From contig CAVYQE010000001.1 in the NCBI GenBank assembly GCA_963770565.1, forward strand, positions 992,001 to 1,056,000: a stretch of 64,000 nucleotides of DNA. The letters are read 5' to 3'. The stretch is from an uncultured Actinomycetota bacterium. GTDB taxonomy: Bacteria > Actinomycetota > Actinomycetes > JAFAQI01. Of the stretch, positions 1 to 9,865 are shown piece by piece. The translations under genes and the position numbers were made by a program. The notes under the pieces are model-generated. The model made no database searches. It saw only the letters and a list, made by a program, of their open reading frames with translations, and was not told the DNA's origin. How positions within the stretch are numbered: the first letter of the stretch is position 1; every line of letters starts with the position of its first letter.

Positions 1-488
1 GCCAGGCGGAGCGCCCGGTAGCCGATGATGCCGGCGCACAGCAACGGTGCGGCGTGCTCGTCGTCGTACTGGTCCGGGATGGGGTAGGCGTACGCCTCGT
101 CGACCACGGCGTACGGCGCATAACCGCCGTCGTCGTCCCAGCCGGTGAATCGCGGCGAGACGCAGAGGTTTTCCTGTCCATGGCGGCACCACCGGCAGCG
201 ACCGCAGGTGTGTCTGAGCCATGCGATCCCCACCCGGTCGCCGACCGCGAAGCGGTCGGCACCGTCGCCGAGGGAGTCGACCGACCCGACGATCTCGTGG
301 CCGGGCGTCACCTGCTTGCGCTTGGGGGCGAGGTCGCCTTCGGCCAGGTGGAGGTCGGTCCGGCATACGCCGCACGCACTGACCCGGATCCTGAGCTGTC
401 CCGGGCCGGCCACCGGCTCCGGCCGATCTACCTCGACCAAAGGCGATGAGTCGATCGGCCCGGGGCGGTCGACCACCCACGTCTTCAC
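1..488 (-). CDS. Zinc-dependent alcohol dehydrogenase family protein (3' end runs off the window)
   Basis: Not in the ORF track. Manual minus-strand translation from GTG at 488 gives MKTWVVDRPGPID...CGVCRTDLH...GHE...APLLCAGIIGYRALRL, the medium-chain ADH motifs. Confidence 0.85.
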   Translation of the reverse strand, partial: MKTWVVDRPGPIDSSPLVEVDRPEPVAGPGQLRIRVSACGVCRTDLHLAEGDLAPKRKQVTPGHEIVGSVDSLGDGADRFAVGDRVGIAWLRHTCGRCRWCRHGQENLCVSPRFTGWDDDGGYAPYAVVDEAYAYPIPDQYDDEHAAPLLCAGIIGYRALRL

Positions 489-563
489 CGACGCCGTCCC
501 ATTTTCCCAACGGTAGGTCCTTCGACCGACCCGGAGCCGATTGGGGGCACTCGACTGGTCAGA

Positions 564-581
564 TAGGGACTTTGGTCCCTA
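564..581. promoter_or_regulatory. DosR/DevR-type binding palindrome between divergent adh and cydA
   Basis: TAGGGACTTTGGTCCCTA, close to the mycobacterial DosR consensus TTSGGGACTWWAGTCCCSAA. Confidence 0.8.
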
Positions 582-615
582 CGCGGGCGAGGTCCGCTCG
601 ACACAGGCTGGCGGT

Positions 616-2010
616 GTGAACGCACTCGACGTCGCCAGGTGGCAGTTTGCTGTCACAACCGTCTACCACTTCATCTTCGTGCCGCTGACGATCGGGCTGT
701 CGTTGCTCGTCGCGGGCATGCAGACTGCCTGGGTCCGGACGGACAAGCCGATCTACCTTCGGATGACGAAGTTCTGGGGCAAATTGTTCCTCATCAACTT
801 CGCGATCGGAGTCGCCACCGGCATCGTGCAGGAGTTCCAGTTCGGGATGAACTGGTCGTCGTACTCGCGGTTCGTTGGCGACATCTTCGGTGCACCGCTG
901 GCGATGGAAGGGCTGCTCGCGTTCTTCCTCGAGTCGACCTTCCTCGGCCTGTGGATCTTCGGGTGGGACAAGCTCCCCAAACGCGTGCATCTCGCGACGA
1001 TCTGGCTCGCGTCGATCGGCACGATGATCAGTGCGTACTTCATCCTCGCGGCGAACTCCTGGATGCAGCACCCGGTCGGCTACAAGATCGACCACGCGAA
1101 GAACCGCGCGGAGCTCACCAGCATCTGGAAGCTGATGACCAACTCGACCGCGCTCGTGACGTTCCCGCACGTGATCTTCGGCGCCTTCATCACCGCCGGT
1201 GCCTTCATCCTGGGAGTGAGTGCCTGGCACATCTCCCGTAAGCGCGACGTCGAGCTCTATCGCAAGTCGATGCGTATCGCGCTGGTCACCACCTTCGTCG
1301 CGGCGATCGGTGTCATGGTCTCCGGCCACATCCAGGGACAGGTCATGACCCGGCAGCAGCCAATGAAAATGGCCGCGGCCGAGGCGCTCTACCACACCGA
1401 GAAGCCGGCGTCGTTCTCGTTGTTCACGATCGGCAGCCTCAACGGCAAGAAGGAGGTCTACAGCCTGCGGGTGCCGGGCGTGCTCTCGTTCCTCGCGACC
1501 GGAAGCTTCAACGGCAAGGTCGAGGGGATCGACGAGATCCAGAGCGACTACACCCAGATGTACGGCCCGGGCAGCTACACGCCCGACATCCCCGTGACCT
1601 ACTGGACCTTCCGGCTGATGATGGGTTTCGGCTTCCTGGCCGCGTTCCTGTCCATCGCCGGCCTGTGGCTGAGCCGGAAGCGGCGCGCGCCCGCGGGGCG
1701 GTGGTTCGTCCGGGCCGCGCTGTGGGGGATCAGCCTCCCGTACCTCGCCAACACCGCGGGCTGGCTGTTCACCGAGATGGGCCGGCAGCCGTGGACGGTG
1801 TTCGGCCTGATGCAGACCAAGAACGCGGTCTCGCCGACGGTCGGACTCGCGTCGGTGATCACGAGCTTTGCAGTCTTCACCCTGCTGTACGGCGTACTCG
1901 CATTCGTCAACGTGCGCTTGATCCTGCAGACCGTCCGCAAGGGCGCGCCGTCCGAGGAATCGCTCACACCCACCGACGGCGTCGCACCGGCGCTCGCCTT
2001 CTCCTACTAG
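616..2010 (+). CDS. cydA: Cytochrome bd ubiquinol oxidase subunit I
   Basis: ARWQFAVTTVYHFIFVPLTIG, QEFQFGMNWS, QPMKMAAAE and EMGRQPW motifs; likely GTG start at 616. Confidence 0.97.
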   Translation: MNALDVARWQFAVTTVYHFIFVPLTIGLSLLVAGMQTAWVRTDKPIYLRMTKFWGKLFLINFAIGVATGIVQEFQFGMNWSSYSRFVGDIFGAPLAMEGLLAFFLESTFLGLWIFGWDKLPKRVHLATIWLASIGTMISAYFILAANSWMQHPVGYKIDHAKNRAELTSIWKLMTNSTALVTFPHVIFGAFITAGAFILGVSAWHISRKRDVELYRKSMRIALVTTFVAAIGVMVSGHIQGQVMTRQQPMKMAAAEALYHTEKPASFSLFTIGSLNGKKEVYSLRVPGVLSFLATGSFNGKVEGIDEIQSDYTQMYGPGSYTPDIPVTYWTFRLMMGFGFLAAFLSIAGLWLSRKRRAPAGRWFVRAALWGISLPYLANTAGWLFTEMGRQPWTVFGLMQTKNAVSPTVGLASVITSFAVFTLLYGVLAFVNVRLILQTVRKGAPSEESLTPTDGVAPALAFSY

Positions 2011-2025
2011 TCCGGAGCTCGGGTC

Positions 2026-3087
2026 ATGCATCTCACGACAGTGTGGTTCGTTCTCATCGCGGTTCTGTGGACCGGCTACTTCATCCTCGACGGCTTCGAC
2101 TTCGGCGTCGGGATGTTGTTGATGGTGCTGGGCCGCGACAACACCGACCGGCGGCTGTGCATCAATGCCATCGGTCCGGTGTGGGACGGCAACGAAGTGT
2201 GGCTGCTGGTGGCCGGCGGCGCGACCTTCGCGGCCTTTCCGGAGTGGTACGCCTCGATGTTCTCGGGCTTCTACCTCGCCTTGCTGCTCATCCTCGTCGG
2301 GTTGATCGTGCGCGCGGTTGCCTTCGAATATCGCGGCAAGGTCGACTCCGACCAGTGGCGTGCCCGCTGGGACGTGGCGATCGGAGTCAGCAGTTTCCTG
2401 CCGTCGTTCCTGTGGGGGGTGGCCTTCACCAACGTTGTCCGTGGCGTGCCGCTCAATGCCGCGCACCACTTCACCGGCAACCTGTTGACCCTGCTCAATC
2501 CACTTTCGCTGCTCGGAGGGGTAGTCACGACGGTGGCATTTGCGTTGCACGGCGCGGTCTTCCTCGCGCTGAAGACCGACGGTGACCTGCGACACCGGGC
2601 TCGGCGGCTCGCCTCGCAGCTGGCAATGGTCGCGGTTGCGGGCGGAGGCCTCTACCTCGTGATCGTCCAGGCCGAGCATGGTCGCCCGGCCGCGGATGTC
2701 CTCGCTGCCGGTGCTGCGCTCGCCCTCGTGGGGGCGGTGTTCGCGACTCTGAGCGGGCGCGAAGGGTGGGCCTTCATCGCGACCGCTGCTGCGCTCGCCT
2801 TCGTGGTCAGCACGTTGTTCGCCGACCTCTGGCCGAACGTGATGCCGTCAAGCACCAGTGCGGCCGACAGCCTGAACGTGCACAACGCGTCGAGCTCGCC
2901 GTACACGCTGGGTGTCATGACGTGGGTGGCCGGCTTTGCGACTCCGGTCGTTCTGGTCTACCAGGGCTTCACCTACTGGGTGTTCCGCAAGCGGCTGACC
3001 CGCTCCGACATCCCCGGCGACGTTCGCACCGACGGCGCACCCACCGGCGGCGCACCCAGCGGCATCGCGGTGACGAGCGGGTCGTGA
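2026..3087 (+). CDS. cydB: Cytochrome bd ubiquinol oxidase subunit II
   Basis: LDGFDFGVG and IGPVWDGNEVWL motifs; follows cydA. Confidence 0.97.
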   Translation: MHLTTVWFVLIAVLWTGYFILDGFDFGVGMLLMVLGRDNTDRRLCINAIGPVWDGNEVWLLVAGGATFAAFPEWYASMFSGFYLALLLILVGLIVRAVAFEYRGKVDSDQWRARWDVAIGVSSFLPSFLWGVAFTNVVRGVPLNAAHHFTGNLLTLLNPLSLLGGVVTTVAFALHGAVFLALKTDGDLRHRARRLASQLAMVAVAGGGLYLVIVQAEHGRPAADVLAAGAALALVGAVFATLSGREGWAFIATAAALAFVVSTLFADLWPNVMPSSTSAADSLNVHNASSSPYTLGVMTWVAGFATPVVLVYQGFTYWVFRKRLTRSDIPGDVRTDGAPTGGAPSGIAVTSGS

Positions 3088-4811
3088 AGCCGCTCGACCC
3101 GCGCCTGCTCCGACGGGCGGCGCCGGCTCGCCGCTACCTCGGCGTGGTGGTGACCGCGGGCGGACTGACCGCAGGGTTGATCGTGGCGCAGGCGACCCTG
3201 CTCGCCTACGCGATCGTGCACGCCGGGCGCGGCCTCAGCGCCCTGCGTGACCCGTTGCTGCTGTTGCTCGCCGTCCTCGTGGCCCGCGGCCTGCTCAGCT
3301 ATGCCGGCGAGGTAAGCGCGCTGCGCGCCGCTGCGGCCGTGCGCTCGTCGCTGCGTCGCGACGTCGCAGCCCAGCTCGTCCGGCTCGGGCCGGCCTGGAC
3401 CAACGGTGAGCGGTCCGGGTCGATCGCCACCTTGATGACGAAGGGTCTCGACTCGATCGACGGCTATTTCGCGCGCTACCTGCCGCAGCTCGTCCTGGCC
3501 GCCTTGGTCCCGGTCGTGGTGGTGGCGCGGGTCGCCGGCTCGGACCTGATCTCCGCGGTGACGATCGGTGCGACCGTCCCGCTCATCCCGGTCTTCATGA
3601 TCCTGGTCGGGATGCACACCAAGGCGCGCACCGATCGTCAGTGGCGCGAGCTGTCGAGGCTGGGCGGGCACTTCCTCGATGTGGTCGAAGGTCTCCCGAC
3701 GCTGAAGGTGTTCGGTCGGGCCAAGGCGCAGGTGGCACTGATCCGGGGAGTGAGCGAGGACTACCGCCGTACCACGATGGGCACCTTGCGGGTGGCCTTC
3801 ATGTCCGCGCTCGTGCTGGAGCTGCTCGCAACGCTGGCAACCGCGGTGGTGGCGGTCGAAGTGGGGCTGCGGCTGCTGGCCGGCGACCTGTCCTACCAGA
3901 CCGCATTGTTGGTGTTGCTCCTCACGCCGGAGGCGTACCTCCCGCTTCGGGCGGTCGGCGCCAGCTTTCACGCCAGCGCCGATGGCGTGGCCGCGGTCAA
4001 CGACGCACTGGCAGTGCTCGACACCGAGCCGGCGACCGGCCTGACCGGAACCGAGCCGTGTGACCTGCGCCGTGACGTGATCCGTCTGGTCGGAGTCAGC
4101 GTGCGTTATCCCGGCCGCGGATCGAATGCCCTGGATCACCTCGACCTCGAGATCGCGCCGGGCGAGCGGGTCGCGGTCCTCGGCGAGTCCGGGGCGGGGA
4201 AGTCCACGCTGCTCTCGGTGTTGTTGGGTTTCGTCCCGCTCGCGGGCGGGACCGTGCGGGTCGGCACTCGACCATGGGCGGATCTCGATCTCGAGCAACT
4301 GCGGGCTCAGATCGCCTGGGTGCCGCAGTCGCCGTACGTGTTCGGCGGGTCGGTCAGCGACAACATCCGGCTCGGCGCTCCTACCGCGTCCGACGAGCGG
4401 GTCGCGGCGGCCGCCACCGCAGCCGGGTTTGCGAGCGTGGTTGCCGAGCTGCCCGACGGCTACGCGACCGTCCTCGGCGACCGGGGGATGACGCTCTCGA
4501 CCGGTCAACGGCAGCGGCTGGCCCTGGCCCGCGCGTTCCTTCGGGATGCCCCGCTCGTGGTGCTCGATGAGCCGGCCGCGCACCTCGACGCATCAACCGC
4601 CGCCGAGATCCGCGCGGCGGTGGCGCGGCTTGCAACCGGTCGCACAGTGATCCTGGTGACCCACGACGAGCGGTGGCTGGACCTGGTCGACCGAACCGTC
4701 GTGCTGCGCGCCGGTCGCGTCGAGCCCGCTCTGCACGATGCGCCGGCTCTGCACGATGCGCCGGCAGAGCCGGCTCTGCCCGATGCGCCGGCAGAGCCGG
4801 CGGTGGCGTGA
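3084..4811 (+). CDS. cydD: Thiol reductant ABC exporter CydD
   Basis: GTG start overlapping the cydB stop (MKPLDPRLL); YFARYLPQL, GESGAGKST and LSTGQRQR motifs. Confidence 0.93.
   Translation: MKPLDPRLLRRAAPARRYLGVVVTAGGLTAGLIVAQATLLAYAIVHAGRGLSALRDPLLLLLAVLVARGLLSYAGEVSALRAAAAVRSSLRRDVAAQLVRLGPAWTNGERSGSIATLMTKGLDSIDGYFARYLPQLVLAALVPVVVVARVAGSDLISAVTIGATVPLIPVFMILVGMHTKARTDRQWRELSRLGGHFLDVVEGLPTLKVFGRAKAQVALIRGVSEDYRRTTMGTLRVAFMSALVLELLATLATAVVAVEVGLRLLAGDLSYQTALLVLLLTPEAYLPLRAVGASFHASADGVAAVNDALAVLDTEPATGLTGTEPCDLRRDVIRLVGVSVRYPGRGSNALDHLDLEIAPGERVAVLGESGAGKSTLLSVLLGFVPLAGGTVRVGTRPWADLDLEQLRAQIAWVPQSPYVFGGSVSDNIRLGAPTASDERVAAAATAAGFASVVAELPDGYATVLGDRGMTLSTGQRQRLALARAFLRDAPLVVLDEPAAHLDASTAAEIRAAVARLATGRTVILVTHDERWLDLVDRTVVLRAGRVEPALHDAPALHDAPAEPALPDAPAEPAVA
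4724..4805 (+). repeat. Short tandem repeats in the CydD C-terminus (PALHDA / PAEPALPDA)
   Basis: Repeated gctctgc(a/c)cgatgcgccggc units seen in the DNA. Confidence 0.75.
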
Positions 4812-6499
4812 TGGCGACCGAGCTCGTTCCGGCGACCCGCTGGCCACTGGTTCGGCTGCTCGCCCTCGGCCGCCCGGTGCGCGCCACGCTGGCACTCGCG
4901 GTGCTGGCCGGCGCCGTCACGGTGGGCGCCGCGATTGCCTTGATGGCCGCGTCCGGCTTCCTGCTGTCTCGGGCGTCCCAGCATCCGAACATCGTCGCGC
5001 TGTCGGTGGCGATCGTGGCGGTCCGCGGGCTCGGCATCACCCGTGGGATCAGCCGGTACGTCGAGCGGCTGGCCGGGCACGATGCGGCGCTGCGCGTCCT
5101 GTCCGACCTCCGCGCCTCGGTCTATGCACGGCTCGAGCAGTTGGCGCCGAGCGGGCTGTCCCGGCTTCGTGGTGGCGACCTGGTGGCCCGCTTCGTCGCC
5201 GACATCGACGCGGTCCAGGACCTGTTCATCCGCGGCATTGCGCCGCCCCTCGTCGCGGCCCTCGTCGGTGGGTTGACGGTCGCGTTCGCGGTGGCGATCG
5301 CGGCACCCGGCGGGGCCATGCTGGCGGTCGGGTTGCTCATCGCCGGGTTGGGGCTGCCGGCCCTCGCGTTCGCCCTCGGGCGGCGGCCGGCGACTGCCGC
5401 GAGCGAGGTCCGCGGCGAGGTCGCAGCCGCGACCGTCGACCTGGTGGCCGGTTCGGCCGAGTTGATCGCGTACGGCGCAGCGGATGCCGCGGTGCAGCGA
5501 CTTGCCGAGCGGGACCACGAGTTGCTGCGGCTGTCCCGCCGCTCGGCGGCGGCGAACGCGCTCGGGGCCGGCGGAGCGACCTTGGTCAGCGGGCTGACCG
5601 TCTTTGCGGTGCTGCTGTCCGGCGTGGCCGCGGTGCACGGGGGAAGCCTCGGTGCAGTGCCACTCGCCGTACTCGTGCTGACGGCCATCGCGGCGTTCGA
5701 GCTGACCGCCCCGCTGCCGGCCGCGGTGCTGGCGGTCGCGTCGGTCCGCGGTTCGGCCCGGCGGGTCTTCGAGGTCATGGACAGCCCGGTCGCAGTGCGG
5801 GACCCGGCGCAGCCGGTTCCGGCCCCGACCGGGCCGGTGACGGTGTGGCTTCGCGGGGTCAGTGCGCGGTATGCGGGGTCGGAGCGCGACGCGATCGCCG
5901 GGATCGACCTCGACCTCGCGCCGGGCCGCCGGATCGGGGTGGTCGGCCGTTCCGGTGCGGGCAAGAGCACCCTCGCGGCCATCCTGATGCGGTTCGTCGA
6001 CATCAGCAGTGGATCGTTCCTCGTGAACGGAGTGCCCGCCGAGCGGCTCGATGGTGACGACGTACGGCGACTGATCGGCGGATGTGCAGCCGATCCGCAC
6101 ATCTTCGACTCGTCGTTGCGGGAGAACCTTCGACTGGCCCGGCCGTCAGCGAGTGACGACGAGCTGCATCGCGTGCTCGCCACAGTGCGCCTCGAGGACT
6201 GGGTGCGCGAGCTGCCCGCCGGTCTCGATACCGAGGTCGGCGCCCGCGGCGTCGCGATCTCCGGCGGTCAGCGGCAGCGGCTCGCGCTTGCCCGCGCGGT
6301 CCTCGCCGATCCGGCCGTCCTGATTCTCGACGAGCCAACGGCGCACCTCGATCCGGAAACGGCCGACGAGGTGATGCGCGACGTGCTCGCGGTCACCCGC
6401 GGACGGTCGACGGTCCTGATCACCCACGACGATCGTGGGCTCGAGGAGATGGACGAGATCATCGAGCTCGGCAACGGCCGGGTGGTCGACCGCCGCTAG
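4811..6499 (+). CDS. cydC: Thiol reductant ABC exporter CydC
   Basis: TGATG overlap with cydD; RYVERLAGHD, GRSGAGKST and SGGQRQR motifs. Confidence 0.93.
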   Translation: MATELVPATRWPLVRLLALGRPVRATLALAVLAGAVTVGAAIALMAASGFLLSRASQHPNIVALSVAIVAVRGLGITRGISRYVERLAGHDAALRVLSDLRASVYARLEQLAPSGLSRLRGGDLVARFVADIDAVQDLFIRGIAPPLVAALVGGLTVAFAVAIAAPGGAMLAVGLLIAGLGLPALAFALGRRPATAASEVRGEVAAATVDLVAGSAELIAYGAADAAVQRLAERDHELLRLSRRSAAANALGAGGATLVSGLTVFAVLLSGVAAVHGGSLGAVPLAVLVLTAIAAFELTAPLPAAVLAVASVRGSARRVFEVMDSPVAVRDPAQPVPAPTGPVTVWLRGVSARYAGSERDAIAGIDLDLAPGRRIGVVGRSGAGKSTLAAILMRFVDISSGSFLVNGVPAERLDGDDVRRLIGGCAADPHIFDSSLRENLRLARPSASDDELHRVLATVRLEDWVRELPAGLDTEVGARGVAISGGQRQRLALARAVLADPAVLILDEPTAHLDPETADEVMRDVLAVTRGRSTVLITHDDRGLEEMDEIIELGNGRVVDRR

Positions 6500-6597
6500 C
6501 CGGTCGTGGATGCCGACGATCGCGGGACTTTGCGACTAGATTGCGACTGCCCGGTGTCACCATCGCTGCCATCACTCGCCTCACGTCAGGGGTTCCT

Positions 6598-8157
6598 GTG
6601 CGCACGCTCGCCCGTTCCGCGTCCCTTCTGACCGGCCGCCGCACCGTCGCAGTGGCGGCCGCCGTTGCGCTGGTGACCGTCGGTGCATCGTCGGCTGCTC
6701 TCGGCACGACCCGAGCACCGGCGGTCTCGCATCCAGCCGGCAAGGCGTCGCGAGCCAGCGTGAAGGCCGGCCGGATCGGGGCCCCCATCACGCTGGCGCA
6801 CAACGTCAGCTTTGAAGGCGACACCCTGGACTCCCGGATGGCAACGGACAAGTCGGGCACGACGTACATCTCCTGGATCTCCAGCAAGGACAACGACAAC
6901 GGCGGCCTGCGTGTTGTCCATCTCTGTGTGATCCCGAACAATGCCCGTGCCTGTGCGGGCGGGGTGAAGACGCTCGACCCCACCGACAGCTCGACCAGCG
7001 GAAGCCTGCAGATGGTCGTGACACCGAGCGGTCAGGTCACGATCCTGTGGATCGGGAACGACGGCGGCGGCGGCAGCACGATCTACGACACGACCGCCAC
7101 GAAGACCGGCCCGCTGAGCGCCGAGGGCACGCTCCCGTCGCGCACCCCGAGCAATTCCACGATCCTCGACGCGGAGTCCGGACCGGGTGGCAGCATCTGG
7201 CTGCTCGTGAACCCTGACTCCGAGACCTCGATCCAGCTCAGGAGAGGCCTCACGGCTACGCCGGTCACGATCACGACTCCGCACTCGTACCCGTCCGGAG
7301 TCGGCGGAGCGTCGCTGGCGTTCTCCGGCAACACGGCGATCATTGCCATCGAGGCCAACGCGTCGATTCTCTCACCGCCCATTGCCTACGCCGTGGCGAC
7401 CGGGTCGTCCGTCTCCGGGTTCAAGAACATCGCCAACGCCGCGTCTAACGGGACGACTCCGCGTCTTGTCCATACCGGGGCAGGAATCCGGTTGCTCGCC
7501 GGAGACGCCAAGGACTTCTATCAGACGGCGATCTCGAAGTGGACCGGCCACGGCTTCACCCGGGCCACCGCGATCGGGGGATCGATCGACCTTGGATCGC
7601 TCGACGCGTCGACCGATCCAAGCGGTCGACTGCTCGCCGCGGGGGACGACGGTGCGCACGACGGAAAGGTCACCGTCATCAATTTCGCCGACACCGTGCA
7701 TCCGGCCGCCTTCAGCTTCGGGATCGGCGGCGCGACCAACGCAGGCGGAGGCCCGACCGTGACGACCTCCGCGCGGGGGCGCGGCTGGGTGGCCTGGTCG
7801 TACCAAGGCGGCAACAGCACGAACGGTGACACGCTGCTCGCCGCCCCGATCGTGGTTGCAGGGCTGCACGCCAGGAAGACCGCCCACGGCCACCACGGCA
7901 ACGTCACCGTCGTCGGGCCGGCGAGCTGCCTGCCGCCCGTGTCGATCTCGGTCTCCGTCACCGGCCACGCCGACCAGGGCTGGAAGGTCGCCAAGCGCCA
8001 ACTCACCCTCAACGGCAAGAAGGTCGGCGCGACCCTCAACGGCGCATCACTGACCGCCGGCAAGACCTACACGCTGACCGGCACCGTGACCTTCGCCAAG
8101 GGCCACACCCACTCGAAGACCAAGGCCACCCTCAAGTTCCGCTCCTGCCCCAACTAG
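6598..8157 (+). CDS. Secreted Ser/Thr/Gly-rich hypothetical protein (beta-rich, possible C-terminal Ig-like domain)
   Basis: Hydrophobic signal-like N-terminus (RRTVAVAAAVALVTVGASSAALG) and strong GC3 bias; exact start uncertain (6541 or 6598). Confidence 0.7.
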   Translation: MRTLARSASLLTGRRTVAVAAAVALVTVGASSAALGTTRAPAVSHPAGKASRASVKAGRIGAPITLAHNVSFEGDTLDSRMATDKSGTTYISWISSKDNDNGGLRVVHLCVIPNNARACAGGVKTLDPTDSSTSGSLQMVVTPSGQVTILWIGNDGGGGSTIYDTTATKTGPLSAEGTLPSRTPSNSTILDAESGPGGSIWLLVNPDSETSIQLRRGLTATPVTITTPHSYPSGVGGASLAFSGNTAIIAIEANASILSPPIAYAVATGSSVSGFKNIANAASNGTTPRLVHTGAGIRLLAGDAKDFYQTAISKWTGHGFTRATAIGGSIDLGSLDASTDPSGRLLAAGDDGAHDGKVTVINFADTVHPAAFSFGIGGATNAGGGPTVTTSARGRGWVAWSYQGGNSTNGDTLLAAPIVVAGLHARKTAHGHHGNVTVVGPASCLPPVSISVSVTGHADQGWKVAKRQLTLNGKKVGATLNGASLTAGKTYTLTGTVTFAKGHTHSKTKATLKFRSCPN

Positions 8158-8308
8158 CGGCTACCAGCAAGACGTCTACGGCCGTTCGAAACCATCCAGA
8201 TCGGTGTCTAGACAGTCACCGAAGTTCTGCGGGATGATTTCGTCCGGATCGGGCCGGGACGCGAGGCTCCGTGTCACCGATGTCCGAGAATGACATGTGG
8301 ATGCGGTC

Positions 8309-8340
8309 TTGACGCGTTCTCGGGTCGAACGTATGTTCGA
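8309..8340 (+). promoter_or_regulatory. SigA-type promoter overlapped by a LexA SOS box
   Basis: TTGACG (8309-8314), 17-nt spacer, TATGTT (8332-8337); SOS box TCGAACGTATGTTCGA at 8325-8340; ATG at 8344 suggests a leaderless mRNA. Confidence 0.8.
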
Positions 8341-8343
8341 GTG

Positions 8344-9834
8344 ATGGAGCCGATCCACCCGACGAACCAGGTGCTGTACGCGCGGGCCGCGGTGAAGCTG
8401 GACGAGCTCGAGCAGCTGCCGGTCGGGGTCGGGTTGTATGCCGGTCTGGTCGCGCTGCGGGCCACCCCGATGGATAGTGCGGGTGCGGTCCGGGCGACCG
8501 TGTTGTGGTTGCGGTTCGCGGCGCATTGCGAGGCGCAGTCGATGATCCCGACGGTTGAGGCGGTCAATTCTGCCGACCTGCTTGCCGAGGGCTTCGGTGT
8601 TGATGCGTCACGGTTGATCGGGCACGAGTTGGCTGCGATGTCGAGCATGCCGTACTCGACCTCGCTGGCGCGGGTGGCATTGGCTGACCAGGTCGCAGAG
8701 CAACTGCCGGCGTCCTGGGTTGCGCTCGACCGCGGCGAGATCAGCCTGGCCCATCTCAAGGCATTGGCCAGGGTGGTGAGCGTCGCGACACCGCGGGTCG
8801 CCGCGGCTGTCGAGAGCCGCGTGCTGCCTACGGCGATCCTCCGCGGGTGGACCCCGACTCAGCTGATGCGGGCAGCAGTGAAGGCGCTGATGGCCCTTGA
8901 TCCGGTGGCGGCCGCGGATCGCGCCGCGGCAGCGAAGGCTGACGCCGACGTTCGCTTGTATCCGGGGGTGGACGACACCGCGAGCCTTGTCGCGGTCGGC
9001 GCCGCCGGGCAGGTGCTCCGGGTCAGCGATGCGATTGAGATCCGCGCGGCCGAGCTCGGGCGGGAAGGCGACACCCGCCCGATTGGGCACCGTCGGATGG
9101 ATGCCCTCGCCGATTTGGTGCTCGGCAGCGACGCAGCCCGGCGACCGGTCGTCGAGACCGTGGTCACCGTCGACCTGACCACCCTGCTCGGGCTCACCCA
9201 GCGTCCTGGTGAGCTCTCCGGCTACGGCCCGATCACCGCCGAGTACGCGCGAGAGCTGTCGAAACAGGCGTGGCTGCGGCGACTGGTCACAGATCCCCTC
9301 GATGGCCGGATGCTCGACCTGGGCCGCGACCGCTACCGCCCGTCGGCCGGGCTTCGACGGCTGATCGAGGCGCGGGATCGGACCTGCCGTCACATCGGCT
9401 GCTCCCGGCGCGCGACCAGCTGCGACATCGACCATCGGGTCGCGTGGCCGCTGGGCGGGACCGACGAAGCGAACCTGCACCTGATGTGCCCGATGCATCA
9501 CGACATCAAGACCCGCAAAGCATGGCGAGTCGATATCGAGCCCGACGGGACCGAGGTGTTCACCTCCGCGCTCGGCTTCCAATACCGCCGGCCTCCGGCC
9601 ACCTACCCGATCGACCTGCCCGACCCACCCGACCAGACAGACCCGCCCGACCTCGTCGACCCGCCCGACCCACCGGACCGGACCGACCCACGCGATCCGG
9701 TCGATCTCTTCCCGCAGCCACCGCCACTCAACGAAGAGGAATACACCGAAGTCCGCACCGCCCTCAACGACAGCTTCGGAAACTACGCCGCCCGCGTATA
9801 CGACGTCCTTCGCCAAGCCGAACTAGTGTCTTGA
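8344..9834 (+). CDS. DUF222 (13E12 repeat family) HNH endonuclease-domain protein
   Basis: RRMDALADL, RDRTCRHIGC..CDIDH..NLHLMCPMHH motifs; Pro/Asp-rich tail. Confidence 0.88.
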   Translation: MEPIHPTNQVLYARAAVKLDELEQLPVGVGLYAGLVALRATPMDSAGAVRATVLWLRFAAHCEAQSMIPTVEAVNSADLLAEGFGVDASRLIGHELAAMSSMPYSTSLARVALADQVAEQLPASWVALDRGEISLAHLKALARVVSVATPRVAAAVESRVLPTAILRGWTPTQLMRAAVKALMALDPVAAADRAAAAKADADVRLYPGVDDTASLVAVGAAGQVLRVSDAIEIRAAELGREGDTRPIGHRRMDALADLVLGSDAARRPVVETVVTVDLTTLLGLTQRPGELSGYGPITAEYARELSKQAWLRRLVTDPLDGRMLDLGRDRYRPSAGLRRLIEARDRTCRHIGCSRRATSCDIDHRVAWPLGGTDEANLHLMCPMHHDIKTRKAWRVDIEPDGTEVFTSALGFQYRRPPATYPIDLPDPPDQTDPPDLVDPPDPPDRTDPRDPVDLFPQPPPLNEEEYTEVRTALNDSFGNYAARVYDVLRQAELVS

Positions 9835-9865
9835 TGAGAGCCAAGGACGCCTTCGTGGCGGCGCG

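Noticed and set aside
6523-6539. CGGGACTTTGCGACTAG as a DosR box before the secreted protein
   Set aside because: Only one half-site matches; too weak to call.
9620-9705. Pro/Asp-rich repeats in the first DUF222 protein
   Set aside because: Low-complexity tails are common in this family; no separate function is supportable.
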